Shown one piece after another: positions 8,324 through 17,951 of a stretch of 64,000 bases of DNA. The stretch is from the NCBI GenBank assembly GCA_019636015.1, contig JAHBYJ010000001.1:2106066-2170065 (forward strand), given 5' to 3'. This stretch comes from Parvibaculaceae bacterium (GTDB lineage: Bacteria > Pseudomonadota > Alphaproteobacteria > Parvibaculales > Parvibaculaceae). The position numbers and the translations under genes are program-made. Each line of letters starts with the position of its first letter. The first letter of the stretch is position 1. The notes under the pieces were generated by a model that worked only from the letters and a program-made list of their open reading frames with translations, was not told the origin of the DNA and searched no databases.

Positions 8324-9475
8324 TCACGCTCCGGCGCGTTCGCTCGCGGTCGCTTCGAGCATCGAAAAAGCGTTCAGGATCACGAGCTTGCGATCCGTGT
8401 TCAAGGCTTCGCCGCGGGCCGTGGATTGGACGATCTTTTCCCATACCTCGACCCAGCGATCAAGGCTGCCAAGGGCGGCGAGACGGGCCATTGCGGCCCC
8501 CTCGCCCGGCACGATGTCCCGCCCGGCATCGAGCCCGGCGCCGGCCCGGATCAGCCGCTGCAGCCAGAGCGTGATGAGCTCGATCATGGTCTCGTAGTCG
8601 CTGTCCGCACCCTTTCGACCGGCCTTGTCGGCAAGCGCGTGAACGGCGGCCACGTCGAGCCGCGGCAAAACCGTGAGAAGCGCGGCGATATCCTTGTAGA
8701 GCTCAAGCCCGCCGCCCTCGGCGAGCGACAGCGCCCTGCCCGCGCTCCCTTCCGCAAGCTGGGCGATCTGCCTGCGCTCTTCATCCGTCGGACCCGCGCT
8801 CTTGCGCTTCTTGCCTGTGTCGGGCAGTTCCGTCGCCGCCATCAGGTCTTCGATTTCGCCTTCCTCAAGCGGCGTCATGCGCAGCATCCGGCAGCGCGAC
8901 CGGATCGTCGGCAGCAAGCGTCCCGGCTGATGAGAAAGCACCAGAAACAGCCCGTTCGCGGGCGGTTCTTCAAGTGCTTTGAGAAGTGCATTCGCCGCGT
9001 TCACATTCATTTCGTCGGCACTGTCGATGACGACGACGCGCCATGCGCCGCGCTCCGTTGCCGTCAGCCCGAAGAAATGGCCGATGCGGCGAACTTCATC
9101 CACGGTGATGACGGTCTTGAGTTTCTTCGTCTTGTCGTCCCAGGGGCGCCGCACTGTGAGCAGGTTCGGGTGACTTCCGGCGGCCACCTGGTGGAAGACC
9201 GGCGAGTTTTCCGGCACCGACAGATCGCGCGCTCCTGCGGCGCGCGCGGCCTCAGCCGTCCCGTAATGCAAAGCAAACCGGGCCATGCGATAGGCGAGCG
9301 TCGCCTTGCCGATGCCCTTGGGGCCGGTCAGCAACCAGGCATGCTGCATCCGGCCGCTCATGAAGGCCTCGAAAAGCGCCCGCTCGGCCTCCGCCTGCCC
9401 GGCAAGCCGCGACACCTCCCGCGGATGCGGGAAATGACCCAGCCGGTCGCTTTCGGGAATCTCTGTCTCGCTCAT
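8324..9475 (-). CDS. holB: DNA polymerase III subunit delta'
   Basis: GPKGIGKATLA, ANALLKALEEPP and TIRSRC motifs. Confidence 0.93.
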   Translation of the reverse strand: MSETEIPESDRLGHFPHPREVSRLAGQAEAERALFEAFMSGRMQHAWLLTGPKGIGKATLAYRMARFALHYGTAEAARAAGARDLSVPENSPVFHQVAAGSHPNLLTVRRPWDDKTKKLKTVITVDEVRRIGHFFGLTATERGAWRVVVIDSADEMNVNAANALLKALEEPPANGLFLVLSHQPGRLLPTIRSRCRMLRMTPLEEGEIEDLMAATELPDTGKKRKSAGPTDEERRQIAQLAEGSAGRALSLAEGGGLELYKDIAALLTVLPRLDVAAVHALADKAGRKGADSDYETMIELITLWLQRLIRAGAGLDAGRDIVPGEGAAMARLAALGSLDRWVEVWEKIVQSTARGEALNTDRKLVILNAFSMLEATASERAGA

Positions 9476-9515
9476 GCCCCTTGGTAGCACGGGGCCCTGC
9501 GCGGTCGCGAGTGTC

Positions 9516-10190
9516 TTAACGCGCCTCGATATTGTCCCGGCGCTCGGCCACGCGGTTCTTGGGACGCTGGACGGCGGCGGCGAGGACGTTCACCTGCTCG
9601 TTCAGATCGGCAGCCAGCGGATCGACATGCTCGTTGTTGACCACGACCTCGTAATAGAGGTGATTGCCGGTCGCCAGGCCGGTCATGCCGACATAGCCGA
9701 TCACATCGCCCTTCTTCACCCCGACGCCGGGACGGATGCCCGGCGCAAAGCCGGACAGATGCGCGTAGAAAGTTTCGACATGGTCCGAATGCTTGACCGT
9801 GACAAGCTTGCCGTAATTGCCGCGCCAGCCTGCCCGGCCGACGATGCCGTCCTCGGTCGCATAAACGGGCGTGCCCTTCGGCGCCGCGTAGTCGACACCG
9901 CGATGGAAGCGCTTGTCTTTCAGCACGGGATGCGTGCGCCAGCCGAAGCCGGAGGTCATGCGCGCTTTGGAGATGTCGATGGGGTCGCCGAAATGAAGGC
10001 CGCGCTGGGGAAAGGCGGCAACGGCGCGCTCTGGCTTCGCCATCGGAATGATGTAGCCGAGCGCCGCGAGTTCAGTTGCGGCGTCAATCGCATGGGCCGG
10101 AACCGGAGAGAAGAAGAAAGCAGAGGCGAGAAACGAGAAGGCCACCGGAAGGGTCGATCGGCCAAAGGAAATCCGGTGTCGTCGTTTCAT
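9516..10190 (-). CDS. M23/LytM family protein (HxH motif degenerate)
   Basis: TSGFGWRTHP, HRGVD and YAHLS motifs, but GNHLYYE in place of GPHLHYE; N-terminal signal. Confidence 0.85.
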   Translation of the reverse strand: MKRRHRISFGRSTLPVAFSFLASAFFFSPVPAHAIDAATELAALGYIIPMAKPERAVAAFPQRGLHFGDPIDISKARMTSGFGWRTHPVLKDKRFHRGVDYAAPKGTPVYATEDGIVGRAGWRGNYGKLVTVKHSDHVETFYAHLSGFAPGIRPGVGVKKGDVIGYVGMTGLATGNHLYYEVVVNNEHVDPLAADLNEQVNVLAAAVQRPKNRVAERRDNIEAR

Positions 10191-10341
10191 CGGCGATCCA
10201 TCTTCTGCTATTGGCCCGGCATCGGTGCGGGGCCCTGTTCCACGGGAGCTATAAGGCCCGTGTTCTATAGTCGAGGGAGCGCCCGAGGGCAAACCCGATT
10301 AACCGTGATCGGGGCCGGCAATCCGTGAAAATTAAATGACA

Positions 10342-10974
10342 TCACACAGGGAGGCGTTCGCTGGCCACCGCCCAGATGGCCGCGGCGACAGCATCCTCGT
10401 CTTGCGCAGCATCGATGACGGCGCACCGCTCTGGTTCATTTTTGGCAATGTCGAGAAAGGCTTGGCGCAGAGTTTGGTGAAATTCCAGCTTCATGCGCTC
10501 ATAGCGGTCCTCGCCGTCATTCGTCCTCCGGTGGGCCCGGGCGAGGCCGGCCTCTGGCGGAAGATCGAGGACAAGTGTCAAATCCGGCATGTCGGCACCG
10601 ACCACCAGGTCGCGAAGGCGGGCGATGAATTCACCGCCAAGCCCCTGTCCCGCACCCTGATAGGCCATGGTCGAATCGACGAACCGGTCGGAAATCACCC
10701 AATCGCCGCGCGCCAGCGCTGGGCGGATCGTCCGCTCGAGATGTTCCTCGCGGGCCGCAAAGTGAAGCAGCGTCTCCGTGCGCGCCGTCCACCGGCCGGG
10801 GTCGCCCTTCACCAGAAGTTCTCTTATCGCCTCGGCCCCCGGCGCGCCCCCCGGCTCGCGCGTGACAACAACGCGGTGGCCCGCCGCTTCGAGCTTCGCG
10901 GCGAGACGCTTTACCTGCGTGGACTTGCCGGCGCCCTCGCCTCCTTCAAGCGTGATGAAACGCCCGCGCGTCAC
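10342..10974 (-). CDS. tmk: Thymidylate kinase
   Basis: EGGEGAGKSTQ, TREPGG and DRFVDSTMAYQG motifs. Confidence 0.96.
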   Translation of the reverse strand: MTRGRFITLEGGEGAGKSTQVKRLAAKLEAAGHRVVVTREPGGAPGAEAIRELLVKGDPGRWTARTETLLHFAAREEHLERTIRPALARGDWVISDRFVDSTMAYQGAGQGLGGEFIARLRDLVVGADMPDLTLVLDLPPEAGLARAHRRTNDGEDRYERMKLEFHQTLRQAFLDIAKNEPERCAVIDAAQDEDAVAAAIWAVASERLPV

Positions 10975-10976
10975 GC

Positions 10977-12134
10977 CTAGCTGCCAAGGATCATGTGCTT
11001 CAGCGCGCTCATGGCGCGGCTGAAAATCCCCTGCCGCTCCACTGCCGCCCCGGCAAGCAGCGGATACTCCTTGGCAGGCATGTCCGGCGCCTCGATCTTC
11101 AGCACACCGATTTGTTGCCCGAGCTCCACCGGCGCCCGGACCGGTGTGTCATAGACGACGCTCACCTTCATGTCCTTGCGCTGTGCGGGCGACATGATTG
11201 CATTGATATCTGTCCGGCTGACGAGCGGCACTTCCGCATAGGTACCTTGCCAGACGGGTGCATTGTCCACCGGCGCATTGGCCTCGAAGAGTTTGTAGGT
11301 CTTGAAGGAGCGGAAACCCCAGTCCATCAGGCGCACGCTTTCATCCGCCCGTGCCTTTTCGCTCTGCAGTCCGTTTACGACGAGTATGAGGCGCTGATTG
11401 CCGCGCTTGGCCGATGAGACAAGACCATAGCCCGCCGCTTGCGTGTGGCCGGTCTTCAGCCCGTCAACGGTCGGATCGAGATAGAGCGCCGGATTGCGGT
11501 TGCCCTGGCGGATACCGTTCCAGGTGAACTCGGTTTCGCGGAAGATCGGGTAGAATTCCGGAAAATCCTTGATCAGATGTCGCGCCAGCAGACCGAGATC
11601 GTAGGGCGTCATGACATGATCGGGATGCGGCCACCCGGTCGAATTCACGAAATGCGAATTGTTCATGCCGAGTTCCTTGGCCCGCTCGTTCATCGCTTCG
11701 GCAAAGGCGCTTTCCGACCCGGACAGTGCTTCGGCCGTTGCAATGCAGGCGTCGTTGCCGGACTGGATGATGATGCTGCGCAGGACCGCTTCGACCGGAA
11801 CATAGGAGTTCAGATCGGCGAACATGGTCGATGAGCCGGAGGCGGCGCCGCCCACACGCCAGGCATACTCGCTGATCCGGAACTCGTCCTCGAGCGAAAC
11901 GCTGCCCTCGCGGATCGCATTGAAAAGCATTTCCAGCGTCATGAGCTTGCTCATGCTTGACGGATACATCTGCTCGTCGACATTCTTGCCCCAGAGCACC
12001 GTGCCGGTGTCGTAGTCCATCAGCATTGCGAATTCGGCGGTCGTTTCGAATGCCGAAGCGCTGCGCGGCAGAAGAGCGGCGCCTGCAATCACAAGCGACA
12101 GGAACAGGGAGGCGAAGGTGGCGCGGGCCATCAT
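10977..12134 (-). CDS. dacA: D-alanyl-D-alanine carboxypeptidase (peptidase S11)
   Basis: SMSK, SGN and KTG catalytic motifs; signal peptide. Confidence 0.92.
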   Translation of the reverse strand: MMARATFASLFLSLVIAGAALLPRSASAFETTAEFAMLMDYDTGTVLWGKNVDEQMYPSSMSKLMTLEMLFNAIREGSVSLEDEFRISEYAWRVGGAASGSSTMFADLNSYVPVEAVLRSIIIQSGNDACIATAEALSGSESAFAEAMNERAKELGMNNSHFVNSTGWPHPDHVMTPYDLGLLARHLIKDFPEFYPIFRETEFTWNGIRQGNRNPALYLDPTVDGLKTGHTQAAGYGLVSSAKRGNQRLILVVNGLQSEKARADESVRLMDWGFRSFKTYKLFEANAPVDNAPVWQGTYAEVPLVSRTDINAIMSPAQRKDMKVSVVYDTPVRAPVELGQQIGVLKIEAPDMPAKEYPLLAGAAVERQGIFSRAMSALKHMILGS

Positions 12135-12167
12135 GATGTCTTGCTTTTCCTTTTTCGGACTTTGCGG

Positions 12168-13166
12168 TCAGTCGACGACGATGCGGGCGCTGCGATGGCC
12201 CTGGGCGATGACATTCTGCAGCGAGCTGTCGGCGGCAGGCACGTCGCTCAACGGGCCAACGCGGACGCGATAGAACGGCGTTCCGTCCACCATGGTAGTC
12301 TGGATTTCAACCCGCCCGACGCCGCTCAATTGCTGGCGGACCGTTTCGGCGTTCTGAAGGCTCTGGAACGACCCGGCCTGGACATAGATGCTTCCCGGTG
12401 CAGCCGCAACCGGCGGCTCCGCTCCTGTGCCCGCCACAGTGGAGGGCGCATCGGCGATAGGCGTCATGGTCGCCGGCGGTGCCGATGCGACCGGCACTGA
12501 AGGCGGTGCGAGTTCAGTTGTGGAAACGGTCGCAACGGCGGTGACGGGTGCCGTGCCCGCAACGCGGCGCTCTTCCGGCGGTGTGTCGACCGGCGGTGCT
12601 ACGAAGGTCTCCGCAACCCCCATGCCGTCGCCAATGCCGCCCTGAAGCGGCGCCCGCCCGATATATTGCACTCGAACTTTTGCCGTTCCCTTTTGCTTGA
12701 AGCCCAGGACCTCGGCAGCCTTCTTCGAAAGGTCGATCTCGCGCCCGGAAGCGAAGGGGCCGCGATCGTTGATGCGCACGACCACCGACTTGCCATTTTC
12801 GAGATTGGTCACGCGCGCAATGACCGGCATGGGCAGCGTCGGATGCGCGGCGGACATCTCGTTCTCGTCGAAGACCTCCCCGTTGGCGGTCTTCAATCCG
12901 TGGAAACCCGGGCCGTACCAGGAAGCGATGCCGGTGGAGTCGTATTTCTCGTTTTCGGCGGGGTAATACCAGATGCCGTTGATCTGATAGGGGTTGCCGA
13001 CCTTGTAGTAGCCGCCACCCTTCGGCAGCGGGCCGGTGGCCACCGGCGCTTTGGTCTCTGTGGTTCCACAGGCGGCGACCAGCAGAAAGGCAGGCGCCAT
13101 TACCGCCAAAATCAGGCCGCGCGCCAAGGCGCCGCGGCGGTCTGTGGTTCTGGATCGAATGGTCAT
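12168..13166 (-). CDS. rlpA: Septal ring lytic transglycosylase RlpA (lipoprotein, DPBB + SPOR)
   Basis: VAAC lipobox; GIASWYG, AAHPTLP and RINDRGPF motifs; C-terminal SPOR domain. Confidence 0.93.
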   Translation of the reverse strand: MTIRSRTTDRRGALARGLILAVMAPAFLLVAACGTTETKAPVATGPLPKGGGYYKVGNPYQINGIWYYPAENEKYDSTGIASWYGPGFHGLKTANGEVFDENEMSAAHPTLPMPVIARVTNLENGKSVVVRINDRGPFASGREIDLSKKAAEVLGFKQKGTAKVRVQYIGRAPLQGGIGDGMGVAETFVAPPVDTPPEERRVAGTAPVTAVATVSTTELAPPSVPVASAPPATMTPIADAPSTVAGTGAEPPVAAAPGSIYVQAGSFQSLQNAETVRQQLSGVGRVEIQTTMVDGTPFYRVRVGPLSDVPAADSSLQNVIAQGHRSARIVVD

Positions 13167-13341
13167 CGGAAACCCCGGTTCGTGGCCTTCCCGCCTGTCC
13201 CTGCGCGAATCACCCTGCGAACGACTAAATCCTTATAATCAGGGCCGCTTTTTCGGGCAAGCAGAGCCGCCGGGCGTTATAGTCGCGGCGCGGAAAGCCT
13301 GGGCCTGGAATGGTGCCTGAGGCCAAGTCCAGCATGAAGCC

Positions 13342-14715
13342 ATGAAGATTCCCTATCGCCGAAGGTCCATTGTGAACGGAACGTCCCCCGCCCGGTCTGC
13401 TACCCCGTCCCTAACCCGCGATCTCGTGCGCCTGACCCGGGAAAAGCCCGTCTCGGGCGCGGACCTCGAGGCGGCGGCTCTTTTCACCCTGGACGCACTG
13501 GCAAACAGCATCGCCGGCCGCAATTCGGAACCGGGCCGCATCCTGACGCAATGGTATGGCGGCAACGCCGCGGCCAACACGACACCAGATGCAGGCCGCG
13601 TCGCCTTCCTGCTTGGCGGGCTTTGCCACATTCTGGAAACGGATGACCTGCACCGGGAGTCCGTCGTTCATCCGGGTTGCGTGGTCGTGCCGGCTGCATT
13701 CGCCCTGGCGGAAAAACATAGGCTCGGCGGTCGTGAGTTGCTTGTTGCCATTCTTCACGGCTTCGAGGCAGCGACCCGGATCGGCATGGCCGTCGGCCCG
13801 GCCCATTACCGCATCTGGCATAATACGGCGACATGCGGCCCCTTCGGGGCGGCGCTGGCGGCAGCAGCGCTTCTCGGCCTCGATGACGATGCAGCCGTCC
13901 ACGCGCTCGGCAATGCGGGCAGCCAGTCTTCGGGTCTCTGGCAATTCCTCGAGACCGGCGCCATGACGAAACATCTGCATGCCGGCCATGCGGCAGAGGC
14001 AGGCGTTCGCGCGGCGGAACTTGCCGCGCTCGGTTTCACCGGCCCTCCGCAAATTCTGGAAGGCGAAAAGGGCTTCTTCCGTGCGACCTGCCCCGATGCC
14101 GACCCGGCGGCGGTGACACGCGACCCGCATGCGCCTTGGCAGCTCACCCGAACTTCGATCAAGCCTTGGCCGTCCTGCCGGCACACGCATCCGACGATCG
14201 ATGCCGGCGAGGAACTGCGCGCACGCCTGCTGGCGGAAGGGGTTGCCATTGATGCCATCCGTGAGATCGAGGTCGAGACCTATCAGGCCGCCCTCGATGT
14301 CTGCGACCGCCCCGTCGCGACCAGCGACTACGAAGCGAAGTTTTCGCTGCAGCATTCGATTGCCGCAGCGCTCATCTACCCGCATGTGAACTTCGAAGCC
14401 TTCGGAGACAAATCCCGCGCCGCCTGCGCCGGGCTCGCCGCGAAGGTGAAAGTGAAACGCGCCGAACCCTGGGCCTCCGCCTACCCCGTCTCATGGGGTG
14501 GCCGGGTGACGATCAAGCTTGAGACGGGCAAGGAATACGAGGCCGAGAGGACGAATGCGAAGGGCGATCCGGAAGCGCCCCTCAGCCGCGACGAGATGAT
14601 CGCGAAAGCCGAAATGCTTCTCGCTCATGGCAAGGCGGCAGACCCGGGCCGTATGGTGGACGCAATCCTGCGCATGGCGGAAGGGGGCGACCTTCCCCGC
14701 CTCGACCTGTATTGA
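13342..14715 (+). CDS. MmgE/PrpD family protein
   Basis: DDLH..SVVHPG, WHNT and KPWPSCRHTH motifs; start uncertain (could be the GTG at 13372). Confidence 0.88.
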   Translation: MKIPYRRRSIVNGTSPARSATPSLTRDLVRLTREKPVSGADLEAAALFTLDALANSIAGRNSEPGRILTQWYGGNAAANTTPDAGRVAFLLGGLCHILETDDLHRESVVHPGCVVVPAAFALAEKHRLGGRELLVAILHGFEAATRIGMAVGPAHYRIWHNTATCGPFGAALAAAALLGLDDDAAVHALGNAGSQSSGLWQFLETGAMTKHLHAGHAAEAGVRAAELAALGFTGPPQILEGEKGFFRATCPDADPAAVTRDPHAPWQLTRTSIKPWPSCRHTHPTIDAGEELRARLLAEGVAIDAIREIEVETYQAALDVCDRPVATSDYEAKFSLQHSIAAALIYPHVNFEAFGDKSRAACAGLAAKVKVKRAEPWASAYPVSWGGRVTIKLETGKEYEAERTNAKGDPEAPLSRDEMIAKAEMLLAHGKAADPGRMVDAILRMAEGGDLPRLDLY

Positions 14716-14731
14716 GCGAGATAAGGGCGGC

Positions 14732-15073
14732 TTACTGGCCGCTTGCTTCCATCATCGGCTTGATGAAGGTGAGATAGGCCTGCCCGAAAAATCCGATCAG
14801 GAAGGGCAGCCATATCCACGCCGTGCGCCAGCGCAGCTTCGCCTTCTTCTTTTCCGGAGCAGGGGCTGCAACAGCTGCCGGAGCCGCAACGGGTGCAGGC
14901 GGCGGCGCCGTTTCGGCCGCGGGCTCAGGTGCGGGAGCAGCCGCCGCGGCGGCCTCGGCCAGGATCAACTCGCGCGAAACGCGCCGCTCCTGGATGAACT
15001 GCCCGACCATATAAATGCCCAGCAGTCCGATGATGCCCACCGGAATCCAGATCGACGTCAAATCGAATGGCAC
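14732..15073 (-). CDS. Hypothetical two-TM membrane protein with Ala/Pro-rich linker
   Basis: GTG start after GGGGGAG; hydrophobic segments at both ends. Confidence 0.6.
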   Translation of the reverse strand: MPFDLTSIWIPVGIIGLLGIYMVGQFIQERRVSRELILAEAAAAAAPAPEPAAETAPPPAPVAAPAAVAAPAPEKKKAKLRWRTAWIWLPFLIGFFGQAYLTFIKPMMEASGQ

Positions 15074-15219
15074 AACAGAACTCCCCCCAAAACTTCCCCG
15101 CGGCATTTTTGCCGTCATTTGTCCCATTTTGGCAAGCCTCGACCCGGCATGCAAAAGGGATTTCGCGTTAACCATAAAGTCGCGGGGGACGCGTCCTTTC
15201 GGAAAGGCGGAGACGACGT

Positions 15220-15657
15220 TCAGCTCGCGGGGCGCGCCCGGCGCAGCGATGCCCAGAGAAAGGCTGCCGCAATTGGCAATACGATCACGCTTGCATAATG
15301 CTCAGGCGGATGGTGGCCGGAAACGGCGCCTTTCCAGAACCAGCCATCCACGGCGATCAGCAGCCGCTCCACAATGAGCAGCGCAAGGAACAGTGGCACC
15401 AGCGGCCGGTAGCGGAGTCCGATGACGATCTGGGCCGCGCCATGAACCATCTGCATCGCGCCCATCCAGGCAAAGACGGAGATGATCGTCTGGCGTTGCT
15501 GACCAAGGTCGATGCCGGCAATCACGCCGGCGCCGCCATCCGGCAGAAAGAAGTGAATGGCGCCTGGCACAAGGGTCAGCACGCCCGCCAGCACGAGAAA
15601 CCAGGCCGCGAACTTCGACCCCTGGTATTGCACATTTGTACTTTCCGGAAGCAGCAT
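15220..15657 (-). CDS. Hypothetical membrane protein
   Basis: AGGAAAGGAA RBS; four hydrophobic segments; starts 1 bp after the dehalogenase stop. Confidence 0.75.
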   Translation of the reverse strand: MLLPESTNVQYQGSKFAAWFLVLAGVLTLVPGAIHFFLPDGGAGVIAGIDLGQQRQTIISVFAWMGAMQMVHGAAQIVIGLRYRPLVPLFLALLIVERLLIAVDGWFWKGAVSGHHPPEHYASVIVLPIAAAFLWASLRRARPAS

Positions 15658-15658
15658 C

Positions 15659-16579
15659 TCAGTTTCCTTTCCTGAGAGAGGCGTTCTTTGCAAGGAAGGC
15701 AGAGATCATCTGTACCAGGATGTCTGGCGCGTCTTCCTGAATGAAATGATGGGCATGGTCGATGATGGCGTGATCCTGCCCCCTGGCTCCGGGAATCTCC
15801 GCCTGCGCGCGTTTCTCCCACCCCTTCGAAACCGGATCGAGTGCGCCGAAGATCGTGAGGAAGGGCTTGTCGAATGTCTTGAGCCGCTCCCATGCGGCGC
15901 GGTTGATCGGCGCGCCGGGATTGTCGGGCTGCACAGCGATCAGAACGGGAAACTTGATGATGCCCGCCTCGTAATCCGGCGAAGGAAAGGGAGCGAGATA
16001 GGCATCGATCTCCGCAGGCGAGAGCTGCGCGCTCATTCCTTGCTTGAACATCTCCCACGGGAAGTTCGTCGCTTCCCTCATCATGCCGACCCACATTTTC
16101 ATGAATTCGCTCTCGCCTTCGCCGAGCGGCAGGCCGGTATTCGATGCAATCACACTCTCGAAGCGCTCCGGAAAGGCGGAAACAAGATAGAGGCCGATCG
16201 TGCCGCCCCAGTCCTGGCAGAAAAGCGTGATGTCCCTGAGGTCGAGCGCCGCAAGCCATTTCGACATCCAGTCGTAGTGACGCGCCAGCGTGTAGTCGTC
16301 GCGCGAGGCCGGTTTGTCCGAACGCCCGCAGCCGACGAGATCGACCGCGATGACACGCCGGCCCGTTTCGGCAAGGCCCGGTATCATCTTCCGGTAGAGG
16401 TAGGCCCAGGTCGGGTTGCCATGCATGAGAAGAGTGGGCGCTGCATCCTTCGGCCCCACATCGATATGATGGATGCGGACCGGCGCGCCGTCCTCGTCGA
16501 CGATCTCCGTATAATGCGGTTCGAAATCATATCCCGGCAGGTTGCGGAATCGCTCGTCCGGCGTGCGAAGGATTTTCAT
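15659..16579 (-). CDS. Haloalkane dehalogenase
   Basis: LRTPDERF N-terminus; HGNPTW, GCGRSDKP, QDWGG and HFIQED motifs. Confidence 0.9.
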   Translation of the reverse strand: MKILRTPDERFRNLPGYDFEPHYTEIVDEDGAPVRIHHIDVGPKDAAPTLLMHGNPTWAYLYRKMIPGLAETGRRVIAVDLVGCGRSDKPASRDDYTLARHYDWMSKWLAALDLRDITLFCQDWGGTIGLYLVSAFPERFESVIASNTGLPLGEGESEFMKMWVGMMREATNFPWEMFKQGMSAQLSPAEIDAYLAPFPSPDYEAGIIKFPVLIAVQPDNPGAPINRAAWERLKTFDKPFLTIFGALDPVSKGWEKRAQAEIPGARGQDHAIIDHAHHFIQEDAPDILVQMISAFLAKNASLRKGN

Positions 16580-16602
16580 CGGATGGCTCCCGGGCCTGCG
16601 TA

Positions 16603-17241
16603 TCAGATCGCAAGCGTCAAAATGGCGAGATGAAGAAGGGCTGCGATCAGCGCCAGCAACAGAGGCGCCCAGACGACCGGCGAAGGATACAGTCTGAGGA
16701 TCGGCTGTGTGGGGAAGGAAAAGGTTTCCGCCGTCGCCGCGAATTTGAACGCATGCGAATCCGCAAATCGCGGATCGACTACAAGCTCGATCATGTCGCG
16801 GCGGCTGCGGTAGCGCATGAAGCCGACGATGGTCCAGCCTGGATCGGGCGGTACGCGCCAGGCATCCACATACCCCCCCACCTTGCGCGTCACGATCGCG
16901 GGATGTCCGCCCCGCCGGATGAGCGCCCTTGTGAAAGGCCCCGTATATTTCTGAAGCAGTTTGGCTGCACGTGTAGGAACGCCCGTCTCGGGGTCGGGCA
17001 CCTCGCCCGGCGCAAGCCGCACGAGATTGACCATCACGAATTCGCGCCCGTCATCCGCTTCGAGGAAACGGCGGATGATGCCGAAATCATTGTTCTCGCG
17101 TGAGCCATGCAGTTCCACCGCCTTCGCAATATAGCGGTCGATCTCCTCCGCGGCGAGCGGCGCCCGCCAGTTCCGATACCATGCAAGGAAGGCCATGGCC
17201 GTCAACGCGGCGATGCCCCAGATCCAGAATCCCGCGCTCAC
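16603..17241 (-). CDS. Hypothetical membrane-anchored protein (DUF1330-like fold suspected)
   Basis: TM segments at both ends; FVMVNL and RYRSRRD motifs; GGGAGGG RBS before the GTG. Confidence 0.7.
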   Translation of the reverse strand: MSAGFWIWGIAALTAMAFLAWYRNWRAPLAAEEIDRYIAKAVELHGSRENNDFGIIRRFLEADDGREFVMVNLVRLAPGEVPDPETGVPTRAAKLLQKYTGPFTRALIRRGGHPAIVTRKVGGYVDAWRVPPDPGWTIVGFMRYRSRRDMIELVVDPRFADSHAFKFAATAETFSFPTQPILRLYPSPVVWAPLLLALIAALLHLAILTLAI

Positions 17242-17275
17242 ATATCCCTCCCTGCCCGCCGGAATGCGGTCGCGA

Positions 17276-17304
17276 ATATAATGACACTATGAATGTCATT
17301 ATAT
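17276..17304. promoter_or_regulatory. Palindromic operator-like site
   Basis: Perfect 11-bp inverted repeat ATATAATGACA-N7-TGTCATTATAT in a divergent intergenic region. Confidence 0.65.
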
Positions 17305-17392
17305 CAAGCGGGACATTGAGATGGCTTGAGACGATCCGTCCGGCTAGGATTCCGGTAATCCAGTAGTCGAACGGTTTGCAAGGGAGCGGCGA

Positions 17393-17743
17393 ATGGCCAA
17401 GCACCGCATCTACACGACCAGCTTTGCAAGCGTCTACCCGCACTACGTTGCCAAGGCGGAGAAAAAGGGACGCACAAAGGCAGAGGTGGATCAGATCATC
17501 TTCTGGCTCACGGGCTACGATCAGAAAGGACTGAGTGCCCGGATCGAACAGGAGACGGATTTCGAAACCTTCTTTGCCGACGCGCCCCGCCTCAATCCTT
17601 CCCGCAGTCTGATCAAGGGCGTGGTCTGCGGGGTGCGGGTGGAGGAAGTCGAAGAGCCGACCATGCGGGAAATCCGCTATCTGGATAAACTGGTCGATGA
17701 ACTGGCCAAGGGAAAATCCATGGAGAAGATTCTCCGGGCGTGA
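17393..17743 (+). CDS. DUF2200 family protein
   Basis: [30 protein letters not shown] and [14 protein letters not shown] motifs. Confidence 0.9.
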   Translation: MAKHRIYTTSFASVYPHYVAKAEKKGRTKAEVDQIIFWLTGYDQKGLSARIEQETDFETFFADAPRLNPSRSLIKGVVCGVRVEEVEEPTMREIRYLDKLVDELAKGKSMEKILRA

Positions 17744-17809
17744 CCCGGCCCGTCGAATGAACGAGTGCAACTCTGATGGCGAAACTCGTCTTTGCGTTGA
17801 CGCAGCAAT

Positions 17810-17899
17810 TGGCGGAAGGGGTGGGATTCGAACCCACGGTGGGCGTTAACCCACGCCGGTTTTCAAGACCGGTGCCTTAAACCACTCGGCCACCCTTCC
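17810..17899 (-). tRNA. tRNA-Ser (anticodon TGA)
   Basis: Minus strand reads GGAAGGGTGGCCGAGTGGTTTAAGG...CCGGTCT-TGA-AAACCGG, long variable arm, GGTTCGAATCC, 3' CCA; 90 nt. Confidence 0.97.
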
Positions 17900-17951
17900 C
17901 TGCGCACTGACTATCGGCTGGCGCGCGCTTTCTCAACAGGAAAGAAACGGC

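Noticed and set aside
6814-8574. Long antisense ORFs (also 42812-44578, 45646-47478, 61323-63227 and many others)
   Set aside because: Shadow ORFs opposite well-supported genes, typical of high-GC codon bias, with no recognisable motifs
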